Assembly (NCBI GenBank): GCA_002269645.1
Contig: NIVC01000024.1
Span: forward strand, 124,001-188,000
Direction: 5' to 3'
Source of the DNA: Macrostomum lignano
Lineage: Eukaryota
DNA length: 64,000 nt
Below, piece after piece: positions 13,168 through 25,395 of the stretch. Every line of letters begins with the position of its first letter. The stretch's first letter is position 1. The position numbers and the translations under genes are program-made. The notes beneath the pieces are model-generated. The model did no database searches and was not told where the DNA came from. It saw nothing but the letters and a program-made list of their open reading frames with translations.

Positions 13168-16100
13168 TGATTGGCAGTTATTGAACATTATTATTAGACA
13201 CAGAATGATACATTCTTCTGTGTATGATTTTTTTTAATTGTACTTTTAAACACAAAATTTTAATTTTAAAAACAATAAAAAAACATTTTATCTATCAATT
13301 ACATTTTTATACCATATTGGCTAAAATAATTATTGATAAATGTGCTATTCTACAGTATAAATAATAGTGAAAGGTCTTAAATTCTTGCTCATATAGCTAA
13401 GCAACACTGTTTTCTCAATTATATGTTCATATTTATCACTCATAAAAATACCCATGTACTCTATTTAAATTATAGTATCATTAGCATATCATTACCTTTC
13501 TCAAAATTAAATATACATTAATAACCTTCTTACTATGCTGGTAGTAATTTATTATTTTTTTAAACTTGTTAAACTTATTTAGAAGCAAAATATGCTTCAA
13601 CCATTATTGATTTATAATATAAAATACAAAATAATTGGCCTTTTAGACATTTAAGACATCTTAATAATAATAGAAACCATAAAAACTATAGAACTTAGAA
13701 GATCAGATTAGAAGAAAATAAATCAATTCAAGCTATTACCTTCTCAAATAGCTAAATTATTTGGGCCTACTAATATATAGGCCATAGTCAAGAAAATAGC
13801 TTTTTTCACTGAAAATTTTAGGCAAATTTAGCCTTGGGCAGAGCAGTGGGACAAGGTAGGCCTAGGACAGGGGCAGGTCAAGGCAAGGGTAGGCAATGGC
13901 AGGGGCAAGGCAGGGGCAAGTGAGGCTAGGTCAAGGACAAAGTAAAATAGAGAGCAGCAAAGTGGTTGACTAGCATGCTAGAGCCAAGCCATATTGGATA
14001 TTTTTACCAATATTACAATAAAGATCTAGATAAAAATCACTAGGCCTAAATCAAGGGTCAGAAACCTTTTCAGAGCAAGGGCCAAATAGCCAAATTTTTC
14101 AAGGGCTCAAGGGCCAACAACATAAAAAAGAGAAAAACCACAGTTACATTATGTCAGATATGTTAGTCTGAACTAACATATTTTTCAATTGATAATGAAT
14201 AAAAACCTCAATCTTACCCTAAGAGTTCAGATTTCCTCACCCTAAAACCTGCTGTATTCCTTCTTCTCTCAATCCAATCCCAATAACCACCTTTTCTGAA
14301 AACATTCAGACCTGCAAGCTGCAGCTCCACAGAAGGCCAACATAGGATAGGATGAGAAAGGTGAGAGAGAAAGAGAGAAAAGGTAGATTGAAAGTTGTTG
14401 TGGTAGTGATAACTAACATTGCAAGATATTTCCTATAGACATACTAGGGGATTTGTGCTATATAGGGATGGGGCCTGAAACCAGCAATTGCTAGTTAAAA
14501 AAGATACAAATACATTATATAGAGAGCTAGGAGCTCATATTGAGTTTTGAACTCATATTAGGCCCTGATTTGTGACTTATAAGTTCAATTTGGTTTATCA
14601 AAGAAGCAAAGAACACAACAAAAGTTTAGGAGGCTAGATGCAATGATACATCATCTTGGGTGCTAGATTGGAAGGCTTTGGAAGAGGGGAAGCAGATCTG
14701 GCCCTAGGGCTAGAGATTGCAACCCTTGGCCTAAATGATTGAACTGGACCTTAGGGCAAACATTGGGACTACTTTAATCAGGGCATTAGGCTATAGTTCA
14801 GAAGGTGGCCTTTATGCCAGAATTTTCCAGCATAGGCCCCTATTTTTGCTCTTGCCAACAATCTTGACATACACTTGGTATATAGAATTTTTAGGTTCAA
14901 CATGAAGTGTGCTTAGTTGGTGTATAAAAAATAGCCAAGTTCAAGGCTAATATAATTGTATAATTAAATATCAACCAATGTTAGAAGCTCTTTAAAAATA
15001 ATTGGAAACTAAAATAGAAAATATTAATGCAGTCACAAGAAAAACAAAATTAAAACAAAGAATATCAGTTTTTTTAAAAACAGCTATTTTAAAGTTGAAT
15101 AAAAGTTTAAAATTCTTAAAAATATATATTCTTAAAAAATGGTATATAGGGCCTAAATAATTTTAGGCTTGGCATAATTTTTTTTCATTTACATTGCCAT
15201 AAAATTGAAAAAACTAATTTTCATTCTAGCATACTCCTGCCATGATCTAAACTATAGGCATTAAGCAGATTGTGAGTCTGAATTTTAGGGAATTAGGGCT
15301 TAAAGCAGCTATTTTTTGGTCTTATAGGCCTATTTTAGGGTAGGCCTAGCTATGCAATATGCATACCAATGCCATGCCAGGATGGAATTCTTGCAAGAAA
15401 AATTGCAATGCATTTTTGCATTTGGGAAAAAAATGGAAAAATTGCACAATACAGAAAAAAATTATGCACCTGTACAGGCTGCAAAAAATGCAACAAAAAA
15501 TTGCAAATTATTTTGCAACTGTTTGCACAGTTTAAATTACTGACTTTACTATATTAAATGTAGAATTAATACAAAATGTATCACCTTATAGTGTGTTATC
15601 ACTGTTATGAACTGTTTAAATTTAAAATTTTTAGGCCTACTTAAAAACAAAGATAATCAGTCTACTCTTTATTGTAACAAGTTGTCTAAAAATGAGACTA
15701 TAAGACTATCACAAAACATTATTTTGACAATTGGTAATGCTACAAATTGCACCATCAAATTTTGTAAAGATTGTAAACAATTCTATTTGGTTCAATATGG
15801 AATTGCACACTGAAAAAGTCACAATTTTCTGTTTTATACGCCAGATGCAAGAATTCCATGCTGGATGCCATGATCTAGTGATCCATATCCTGACTATGGA
15901 AAGTAGGCTTATGCAGATAAAATATTTTTGTACTGTATAGGGCCTAAGCCTAGCTAGAATGAAAAAGACACATTATCAAAACCTTAAGTGACACATTAAT
16001 AAATAAGTTATATGCTACTTAATGACTTTATAGATAGAAAATATTTATAGGCATATTATTAAGCCTACCAAATATTCTAGGACTACCTAATAACCTAAAA

Positions 16101-17831
16101 TTTTGTTTTGATTGCAGCAACAAATTTATTATGCTGATTTTAAAATAAAAAACATAGGCCTATCTATGCAACATACTAATTAATAAATTAAAGGTTAAGT
16201 ATAGCTACTAAGCTACTGATTGTTAGAACTAAAAAAGGTTAAAAAGCATACGTAAAGGATGATTTCCTACTTCTATACCGGTGCCAAAACGTTCTTAAAT
16301 ATCACTATATCAATATTATTATTATATAAGAACAGGAGCGGAGGTGAACAGAAGTACAGAACAATGAACATAGGATCCAGTGAGCAGCAACACGTGCATT
16401 TCTACGAAAACGTATGGATTTAAATTAGCTTCGCTTGCGATTTCGTTATAATCAAATCACAAAACTTAAGATTTCATACTACAGATTTCGTTAAGCAGTG
16501 CAACGTTAGGCCTACCAACACGTCCATGCATGCAGCGTGCAGAAGTAAATTCAATAGACTATTTGACAACTGAGTAAAGAGACAGTCTATTTAAGGTAGT
16601 AAGTGTAGCGCGCTAAAAAAAGTAAAATTGCCCATATTCTGCATTTGCCAAAAAACAAATATAACGATTTACATTATTTACTTTATGCTCATTTAAACTC
16701 AAAAGCGTGTTCATGTACATGCTTCTGCGGCCCGAAGTCGGTAGGACTTGGAGCATAACTTCAATGATTGTACATTATAACTTAAGCTTGATACGTCGAG
16801 CTAGGGTCACCCAGAAAGTCATTAGCCTGAGTAGGATCCACGAGACGTACAGTGTACATGCAGGTAGAAGCATGAAATTTGTTTTTATTAAGACCAACTT
16901 TTAAAAGTATTGCAACTAAGCCTTCAAACAGAGCAGCATGCATGCACTTTTGAGTCCACTGCAGCGATTCAAAGTCAGTTCACCCCATTAGTCATTCAAT
17001 TCAACAATGAAGCTGGAAAATCGCGACTTTCAGAGCAATAGCTAGTGTACTTATTTACACTTCATGCAAGCAATTGGCAAGTCGCTGGCCGATTCGTTTT
17101 AAACTTTACAGAACGTTTTCACCTATCTATGTCCTTGCTTCATACGCTGTAAAAAAACTGATTCGCTGATCGTTTCGCCAAGGTTGAGAAAGCCTCGAAG
17201 ATTTAACATCGATCCGGGAAACCCTCATGAGTGACTCCGGAAAATATCTGCGCTGTGTCAAGCACGATTGCCGCTGACCGGCGAGTGACCTACCTGCAGC
17301 AGATCCAGCAGGAGATCGGGATTGGCTCGGGGAGTGTACACGCCATTCTGCACGAACACCTTGGAGTGCGGAAGCTGGTGGCTTCCCGGTGGATCCCCCA
17401 TCAGCTGTCGGATGTGCAGAAGCATGTGGCTTCTGTTTCACTTGAAGATCGTCAGACAGTCACCGCTGACTGGTCACAACGGTTTGCCTGTCCAAATTGT
17501 CTTTTCTGCTGTGAGCCAGTGGAGTTTCTAGCTGCAGGCTGACTGTGGGGTCCAGCTGATGACTCACCCAGCTGCATACAGTTTAGACCTGTTCTGCAGG
17601 CTGACTGTGGGGGTCCAGCTGATGACTCACCCAGCTGCATACAGTTTACGAGGGGTGATCAAAAAGTTCTGCAACCTTTTGTTATAGCTTTTAGTTATAG
17701 AATCGGCAAAAGCCAAAAACTTACACATATGCGGCTATATCTGTTTGCTATATTTATATGCATTTTTGGCTTCCAAATGTGCTCCAGTCAAATTTCACAG
17801 CCATATATTTTCCATGTGTTTTCAGTAGCTG

Positions 17832-19200
17832 ATGGAAACATCAAAAGACAGTGTTCGCTTCTATATCTTTATGCGCATGCAACTTGGTTGCAAAGTGACT
17901 GAGACTCACACCGATCTGGTGAATGTTTTAGCTGACTCTGCTCCATCATTTGACACGGTTGCCCGCTGGCTGCGCCATTTCTTGGAAGGCTGGGACAGCT
18001 TCAACGATGAACCAAGGTCTGGCCGACCCCGGACATCCGTGACCGAAGATGTTGTGGCCCATGCCGATGCAATAATTCGTGAGGATTGGAGCATTATGCT
18101 GAGATTCCTTGCTTATGAGCTTGGTGTCAGCTATGGAAGTGCTCATAACATCATGCATGAGCAACTGGACCGCACAAAGACCTGCGCTCGGTGGGTACCC
18201 CATCTTCTCACTCCGGAGCAGCAAGCAGAGAGGGTGCGCATCTGTCGCTTGTGGCTGCAAATGTTTGAGCCCCACGGCCCACGAAAACTGTCGGATGTCA
18301 TCACAGGAGACGAATGTTGGATCTCCTTCTTTACCATGAAGGATAAGCAGTCCAACATGGTCTGGCTGGCAGAAGATGAGCCAAGGCCTGAGGTGCTGAA
18401 AACCGGATTCCGCAGTCCGAAGCGGATGTTCACCATTTTTTTCAACTCTCAGGGTGTTGTAGCGGTGAAAATCCTTCCAGCGGGTGCCACAGTGACTGCC
18501 AGGTACTACACAGACACTGTTCTGCCAGGCGTGCTGCAGGAGCGGCAGGAACGTGCGCGAACCAGGCATGGACCTCGACTCCTATTGCACCATGACAATG
18601 TGGCACCGCACAGAGCGGCATCAACCATGGCGTACCTGGAGCAGCAGGGGTCCGGCTGATGCCCCATCCACCCTACTCTCCAGACCTAGCACCTTCCGAC
18701 TTTTGGCTGTTCCCGAGGATCAAATCCGTCGTTTCTGGCCCGCATAGCAAAATTACGTATCCAATAGAAAGTGGGACGTCTCCAATACGTAACTTTTTTG
18801 GTTGCAGGAACGTCTTTGATACGTATCCAATTTTTATGATCCTCTAAAGAAACTCGTTTCTACAAAAATGGTGGAATAAATAATCAATAAAATTACAAGC
18901 ATTATCTGTTCACCATTTTTGTTGAAACGAGTTTCTTTAGAGGATCATAAAAATTGGATACGTATCAAAGACGTTCCTGCAACCAAAAAAGTTACGTATT
19001 GGAGACGTCCCACTTTCTATTGGATACGTAATTTTGCTATGCGGGTGGGAGGCCGTTTTCACGCATACAAGACCTTGCCCAAGCGGTACATTCAGCTCTA
19101 CAGGGTATACCAACTTCGGTACCATGACTGCTTTCAGACATGGTGCACACGGATGCGACGGTGCATGGATAGTGGTGGAAAGTACTTTGAGGGAATGTGA
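17832..19200 (+). pseudogene. Mariner transposase with two frameshifts and a MITE insertion
   Basis: WVPHLL, TGDECW, HHDN and YSPDLAPSDF motifs with D34D spacing; frameshifts near 18650 and ~19120; C-terminus RCMDSGGKYFE. Confidence 0.92.
18739..19045. mobile_element. 307-bp hairpin MITE with CCC...GGG ends and 3-bp TSD
   Basis: ~130-bp near-perfect inverted repeats; TGG duplicated at 18736-38 and 19046-48; removal restores KSVVSGRPFSR of the transposase. Confidence 0.92.
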
Positions 19201-20464
19201 CACTGATTAGACGCCTCGGCTGCTGTAGCACAGAGTTGTGAGGTCACTTGCAGAACTTTTTGATCACTCCTCGTAGACCTGTTCTGCAGGCTGACTGTGG
19301 GGGTCCAGCTGATGACTCACCCAGCTGCATACAGTTTAGACCTGGCACCGTGCGACTTTTGTTTTTTCTTCATCGGAAGAAGCTGTGAATGAGTTCAAAA
19401 GCATCATCGATCGGAGCTCGTCTCTCTGACATGAGGTACATGTACACAAGTCCTAGCTACTAGCTAGTCTATACGAAGGTACACTAGCTGTAATACTATG
19501 GACAACTAATTTACTTCGTACTAAGCCACTTCTTTGCTTTGCTTTCGAGGACTTATCGGAAAATGGATAATACTATAATATTGTATTTTTACATTTACAT
19601 GTAGACGCTGGTATAAGGCGATTATACTTGTACATGTATATACACACATTGCTTAAAGGAATGTGCAAGAAATAATCTATGGAGCTTTTGCACGTAATTG
19701 TATGTAGTTGTGTTAAAATCTCACCAGTAATGTAGCGATACACAAAGAAAGCAAATATTCGCGAGATCTGTTTTAGAGAAAAGTTTAGCTCTCGATATAA
19801 ATAAACACAAACACAAAAACTTTTTCTTTACCAAATGAATCTCGGACAAAACAGCGTGCATTTACATGTATATATAAAACATGTAGAGTTGTTTGCTTCG
19901 TTTTGAATTCCAGAAGGTGATAGTGTGTATTTCTATTAACTACGATGCAGTTGACAACAGAAAAGTCGCGGTTTGCTTCAACTAAGTAGTAAGGCTGCTA
20001 GTAAAAAAACGTACTTTGCAATTTTCCCTAACGTCAACTGTCATTTATAGAGAGATAGAACTTCTTTGGTGAAATTTTTTTCATTTATAGCCGAAATCAA
20101 TGCAGGCTTAAAAAACCGCCAAGTTTACGAGCCTAAAACATACATCATGTAGATGCATGATAGCTGCAGCATCCCTAATAATGGATCAATTAATTGCTGC
20201 TTCTGTTTGATGCTGATTCTAAGAAACACACGGAAAACTGCAGCAGAAGAACGCTGCAGTTGATTTTCTTTCAAGTGAGATAATTGGGCCAATGAAGGAA
20301 CCTTACTTGTATATATTTTTCGTATCGATAGTGAATTCAGTATACTCTGGATAAACCGGATTATTCTTGAACGAATTCGTCTCTGGAAACCCCTTCAGCG
20401 CTATGCGTTCTTACGAGCATACTAACTAAATGAACTAATGATGTGACAAATAGGCCTCCAACTC

Positions 20465-20960
20465 ATTTCTAAAAAAATCGAGTGATTTCTAATAAATTCA
20501 AGTGCTTTCTAAGAAAGATGAATGGTTTCTTTGAAATTTGAGTGGTTTCTTATAAATTCAAGTGATTTCTAATAAAATCAAGTGCTTTCTTAGAAAATCG
20601 GGTAGTTTTTAAGAAATTCAAGTGGTTTCTAATAAAATCGAGTGCTTTCTTAGAAAATCGGGTAGTTTTTAAGAAATTCGAGTGATATCTAATAAAATCG
20701 AGTGCTTTCTAATAAAATCGGGTAGTTAGGAAATTCAAGTGGTTTCTAAGAAAATCGGTTGGCTTCTAAGAAAATCGACTGGCTTTTCAGATAGTCGGCT
20801 GTTTTCTAAGAATATGCATGGAGTTGTTTCTAAGAAAATCGGGTGGTTTCTAAGATAATTGGTTGGTTTCTGAGAATATTGGGTGATTTAAAAAGAAAAT
20901 CAGCTCGGTTCTAATTGAAGTCGACTGGTTTCTAGGAAAATCAAGTGGTTTCTATGAAAA
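20465..20960 (+). repeat. Degenerate ~20-bp tandem repeat (AAAATCGAGTGCTTTCTAA-like)
   Basis: More than 20 diverged units. Confidence 0.8.
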
Positions 20961-21383
20961 CGATTTTCCACAAGCTAACACTACCGAATGCAACCAACAT
21001 GCTAGAAATCGCTCGTAATTAGTCCAAATTAATTGAGAAATCGCGCTAATGTCGTTAATTTTCAAGTTTTAGTAAACAATATCATAGAAAAGATTTTACA
21101 CTGCAACTTCAATCGAAACCAGTAAGACATATTTGTTGAGCTTGCAAAGACTTCGAACTTTGGATATTTTTTTCAAAATAAAGCAAGTCAAAAGATACAA
21201 AAAACGTTTGTAATGCATTAATTGATTCAATTGTTGTATTTTACTGAGATCATTTATTCTCTCTATTTCTAATGTTTTACTAATCAACCATTGCTCTAAA
21301 GTGGGCACGCGCAATGTTTTGGCTGCAGTTGCAGCTACAAAGATCGAAAGTTCGATAATAGATTTAGCACGAATTTTTCAAAT

Positions 21384-22112
21384 TCAAACCAGGCCAAACT
21401 TGACCCAGTCGGCGCTCGTCTCGATCTCCGCCTCCACCTGAGCGTCGGTGAACAGCAGCAGGCGACAGGCTCTCAGCTTGCTGTTGTACAGCACGTGTCT
21501 GCAGCTGGCGTCACTCATAGCGGCTGCAACGCACTCAACAGCGCTGCTCACATGCGGCACATCGGTGAAGCAGTACTCAGTGTTGTAGATGGCTCTCTTG
21601 AACGACACCTTCTTCCAATTGGCGAGCTTCCGGTAAGCAGAGGGGTCCTTGTACTCGCAAGCGAATCCATAGTTACGCTTGCAATAGATGTCCCTGAGTT
21701 TTCCAAGTTTGTTCATCCGAATGCAGTTTTCATCAGCAAGTCCTGATGGTTCGTTTGTGAGAAACAGACTCTCAGGACTGGCGATGCCGTTTCCGTTGAC
21801 CCTCTGCCAGCCGTCTCTCTTCTCGCCTCTCTCATCGGCCAGGTCGCTCAGTCCGAGCCACAGCTCGCAGCCGCAGGATGAGCTGATGCCGCTGCGATTC
21901 AGTGCCAGGATGGAGCTGTGCGAGTTGAGCAGCTCGCCTCCGATCGATGCGCACTGCCGATTGGCTGAGCACCAGCTGTGGCTGTGAGCTGTGCTCACGA
22001 ACAGGCACAGACCGGCCTGCATGGTGAACGGTGCGGGACACGGCAGGGCCTGCGACTGCAGCAGCTGGCAGCTCAGCAGCAGCAGCAAGCAAACAGCACT
22101 CTTCGAGATCAT
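21384..22112 (-). CDS. Secreted C-type lectin domain + PAN/apple-like domain protein (copy A)
   Basis: Intronless, 242 aa from ATG 22112; signal peptide; CTLD motifs W-SANRQC, LWLGL, EPS, NC..D..C..NYGFACE; C-terminal EC---C/CRHVLYN/CRL domain. Confidence 0.9.
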   Translation of the reverse strand: MISKSAVCLLLLLSCQLLQSQALPCPAPFTMQAGLCLFVSTAHSHSWCSANRQCASIGGELLNSHSSILALNRSGISSSCGCELWLGLSDLADERGEKRDGWQRVNGNGIASPESLFLTNEPSGLADENCIRMNKLGKLRDIYCKRNYGFACEYKDPSAYRKLANWKKVSFKRAIYNTEYCFTDVPHVSSAVECVAAAMSDASCRHVLYNSKLRACRLLLFTDAQVEAEIETSADWVKFGLV

Positions 22113-23206
22113 TTTTCTATCATTTGTCTGGAGCAATTTGCAAGCTGCACCTGCGCCAAGTTTATACTCGTCAATCGTGTTTGCTTTTTGTAGCCATCCC
22201 GGCTATTAACTGATGCATTTTGATGACCCTTGTGGTGTACAGTTTTTACCCAATCGCAGGTAAAAGCCTACTTAATTGTCATGTGATTTGTCGCGATGTT
22301 TTTTTCCATTAGCTTTTGTTTGGCTAGAATCTTGAGTGGCTTGCAAGGTCTTATGGTCCTGACCCAGTAAAAAATAGGATAAGTTTGGAGTCTGCTAATG
22401 GCTGCAGCAGTGGGGCCCTTCATACGTTGATTCGGCATCTCGGTAGCAACTTTTCTGCTTGCACTTGGATTTGTACAATAGTAGACAATGCTTGTGTAGT
22501 TTAAAACGCCCTTGATGACCAACCCACAAGGCACAGTGAAGTGTACATGCCTAAACGACTAATAGAGTCCTGTGTGACTGCGTACGTATCCGCGCGCTTG
22601 CGTGCCTGCTCAGGGGAGTCGGCGAGATGGACAGTATAGTGCCTCTCACCGGTTGTGTGACAATGCAGCTTTCCCTTAAAGTGCGCCAGGGTGCACACAG
22701 GACCCTTGCCTTAAATAAAAAAATATGGTTCCCTAACGGCCTCCAGCTCATTTCTAAGAAAATGTACCTAATGTACCTAAGACCGTGGCTTCGTTAAAAG
22801 GATTGCATGATTTAGGAAGTCATAATTAAAAATGTGTGGGAGAAAAATCCATGGTTTCGCCTCGCTTCACAATACACAGACAGGTGCATGTCATTAGTGA
22901 TGTCGCAGCAGAAGTGCCGGCATAGCGCCTGCCCAGCTCAATGCAGAATATTTATAGAGAGACGAGTACAGGACCCAAAGAATGAGTTGGGATTTTTCCA
23001 TAGATGCAATATTCAATGATTATTAGTTGAGTTTCAGGTTCGTGAGAAACAGCTTGAGAATAAAAACCTGTTGCTGATTGACGTCAGCCATTGAATGCAG
23101 TTATTTAGTTAAATACTCCTTATAGAGATATGAGAATTGCATGCACCGAAGCTCCGAATTGATCACAGGCATCAAAACTAGCACCAGTATAGTAAAAAAA
23201 CGATTC

Positions 23207-23944
23207 ATGAAGTACAGCGAGGCTCGTTATATAGTGCTGCTGCTGAGCTGCCAGCTGCTGCAGTTGCAGGCCCTGCTGTGTCCCGCACCGTTCACCATGC
23301 AGGCCGGTCTGTGCCTGTTCGTGAGCACAGCTCACAGCCACAGCTGGTGCTCAGCCAATCGGCAGTGCGCATCGATCGGAGGCGAGCTCGTCAACTCGCA
23401 CAGCTCCATCCAGCTGTTTCGGAGTGCCAGCATCCCCGGCGCCAGCTGCAGCTGCAACCTGTGGGTCGGGCTGAGCGACTTTGCAAACGAGAGAAACCGG
23501 AGCAGAGACGGCTGGCAGAGGGTCAACGGAAACGGCATCTTCCCGGAGGATGGCAGCCTTTTTAGTGGCGCTCAACCAACCGGCGGGCTCAACTCCGACT
23601 GCCTCCGACTGCACAATGGCAGGTACTTGGCTGACTTTCCCTGCACGGTGAACTACGGGTTCGCCTGCGAGTTCGTGGGAGACTCCCGACCGCCGACTGA
23701 CGGCGTCTGGACGGCCGCCGCCTTCAAGCGCGAGAGCCTCAACTCCGAGTACTGCTTCACCGATGTGCCGAATGTGAGCAGCGCTGTTGAGTGCGTTGCA
23801 GCCGCTATGAGTGACGCCAGCTGCAGACACGTGCTGTACAACAGCAAGCTGAGAGCCTGTCGCCTGCTGCTGTTCACCGACGCTCAGGTGGAGGCGGAGA
23901 TCGAGACGAGCGCCGACTGGGTCAAGCTTGACCTTTTAAATTAG
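23207..23944 (+). CDS. Secreted C-type lectin domain + PAN/apple-like domain protein (copy B)
   Basis: Intronless, 245 aa from ATG 23207; same architecture as copy A, with QPT at the EPN/QPD-equivalent position. Confidence 0.9.
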   Translation: MKYSEARYIVLLLSCQLLQLQALLCPAPFTMQAGLCLFVSTAHSHSWCSANRQCASIGGELVNSHSSIQLFRSASIPGASCSCNLWVGLSDFANERNRSRDGWQRVNGNGIFPEDGSLFSGAQPTGGLNSDCLRLHNGRYLADFPCTVNYGFACEFVGDSRPPTDGVWTAAAFKRESLNSEYCFTDVPNVSSAVECVAAAMSDASCRHVLYNSKLRACRLLLFTDAQVEAEIETSADWVKLDLLN

Positions 23945-24224
23945 AACAGCCGGACCTGCAGTTTCCGATAAATAAGATCTCCGAGGAAACTGCTTCGAAT
24001 CAAATACGATTGCCATCTTTCACTAGTATGAAAAACTTCTATATTATTTAGATTTTACAACACTCAATAAAATATGGGATGCACAATAAGACTGTATTAA
24101 CTCAGAAGAAAACGACAATAAAAATGAATGCGAGCAACACGGATGTATAAGGAGTGTGTGGGGCGTGGGACTTACTATCATGTTTGCAAATTCTTCAAAC
24201 TCTAGTCTTAAAGTGGGCACCCTA

Positions 24225-25230
24225 GTTTAGTCTATAAGTGAACACCCTAGGGACACCGCAGTCTACAAGTGGACACCCCAGTATACAAGTAGACACTCAT
24301 AGTCTACAAGTGAACACCCTAGTCTGCAAGTGGATACCCTAGTCGATAAATAGCCACCCTAGTCTAAAAGTGACACCCTAGTCTACAAATGGACCCCTAG
24401 GTCTATAAGTGGACACTCTAGCCTACAATTAGACACCCTAGTCTACAATTAGACACCCTAGTCTACAATTAGACACCCTAGTCTACAATTAGACACCCTA
24501 GTCTACAAGTGGACACCCTAGTCTACAAGTGGACACCCTAGTCTACAAGTGGACACCCTAGTCTAAAAGTGGACACCCTTAGTCTACAAGTGGACACCCT
24601 TAGTCTACAAGTGGACACCCCAGTCTACAAGTGGACACCCCAGTCTACAAGTGGACACCCCAGTCTACAAGTGGACACCCCAGTCTACAAGTGGACACCC
24701 CAGTCTACAAGTGGACACCCCAGTCTACAAGTGGACACCCCAGTCTACAAGTGGACACCCCAGTCTACAAGTAAACATCCTAGTCTACAAATGGACCCCT
24801 AGGTCTATAAGTGGACACTCTAGCCTACAATTAGACACCCTAGTCTACAATTAGACACCCTAGTCTACAATTAGACACCCTAGTCTACAATTAGACACCC
24901 TAGTCTACAAGTGGACACCCTAGTCTACAAGTGGACACCCTAGTCTACAAGTGGACACCCTAGTCTAAAAGTGGACACCCTTAGTCTACAAGTGGACACC
25001 CTTAGTCTACAAGTGGACACCCCAGTCTACAAGTGGACACCCCAGTCTACAAGTGGACACCCCAGTCTACAAGTGGACACCCCAGTCTACAAGTAAACAT
25101 CCTAGTCTACAAGTGGACACCCCAGTCTACAAGTAGACACTCTTAGTCTACAAGTAAACACCCTTAGTCTACAATTAAACACCCTTAATCTACAATTAAA
25201 CACCCTTAGTCTACAAGTGGACACCCTACA
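24225..25230 (+). repeat. 20-bp minisatellite (GTGGACACCCTAGTCTACAA)
   Basis: About 50 units; the block ~24380-24780 is re-duplicated from 24781. Confidence 0.96.
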
Positions 25231-25395
25231 AGTGGGGTGACTCCTGCTGTCCATGTGCAAGTACACAATGATACAGAATTAAGTTAATAAGTTAATTCGC
25301 GATGGATACTAAGGGTAATCTGACATTAATAATTGAGTCGATAAGCCGTGAGTCAGCGATCTCAGCTCTCCAATGCACTCATCCAGCGCAATCAA

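Larger units (their letters stand above)
17649..19273 (+). mobile_element. Mariner (DD34D) transposon, full length but disrupted
   Basis: TIRs CGAGGGGTGATCAAAAAGTTCTGCAA / TTGCAGAACTTTTTGATCACTCCTCG; TA duplications at 17647-48 and 19274-75; the empty site CAGTTTAGACC is visible in the adjacent repeat unit. Confidence 0.95.
17007..19440 (+). pseudogene. Old, deleted mariner transposase relic hosting a younger mariner
   Basis: TPENICAV..DRRVTY..GSVHAILHEHLGVRKLVASRWIPHQL at 17231-17430; HP-YS-DLAPCDF-like segment around 17560-17645 and 19310-19350. Outer ends not resolved. Confidence 0.75.

Noticed and set aside
24225-25230. CRISPR-like appearance of the 20-36 bp arrays across the window
   Set aside because: Units are directly tandem with no unique spacers, there are no cas genes, and the context is eukaryotic.
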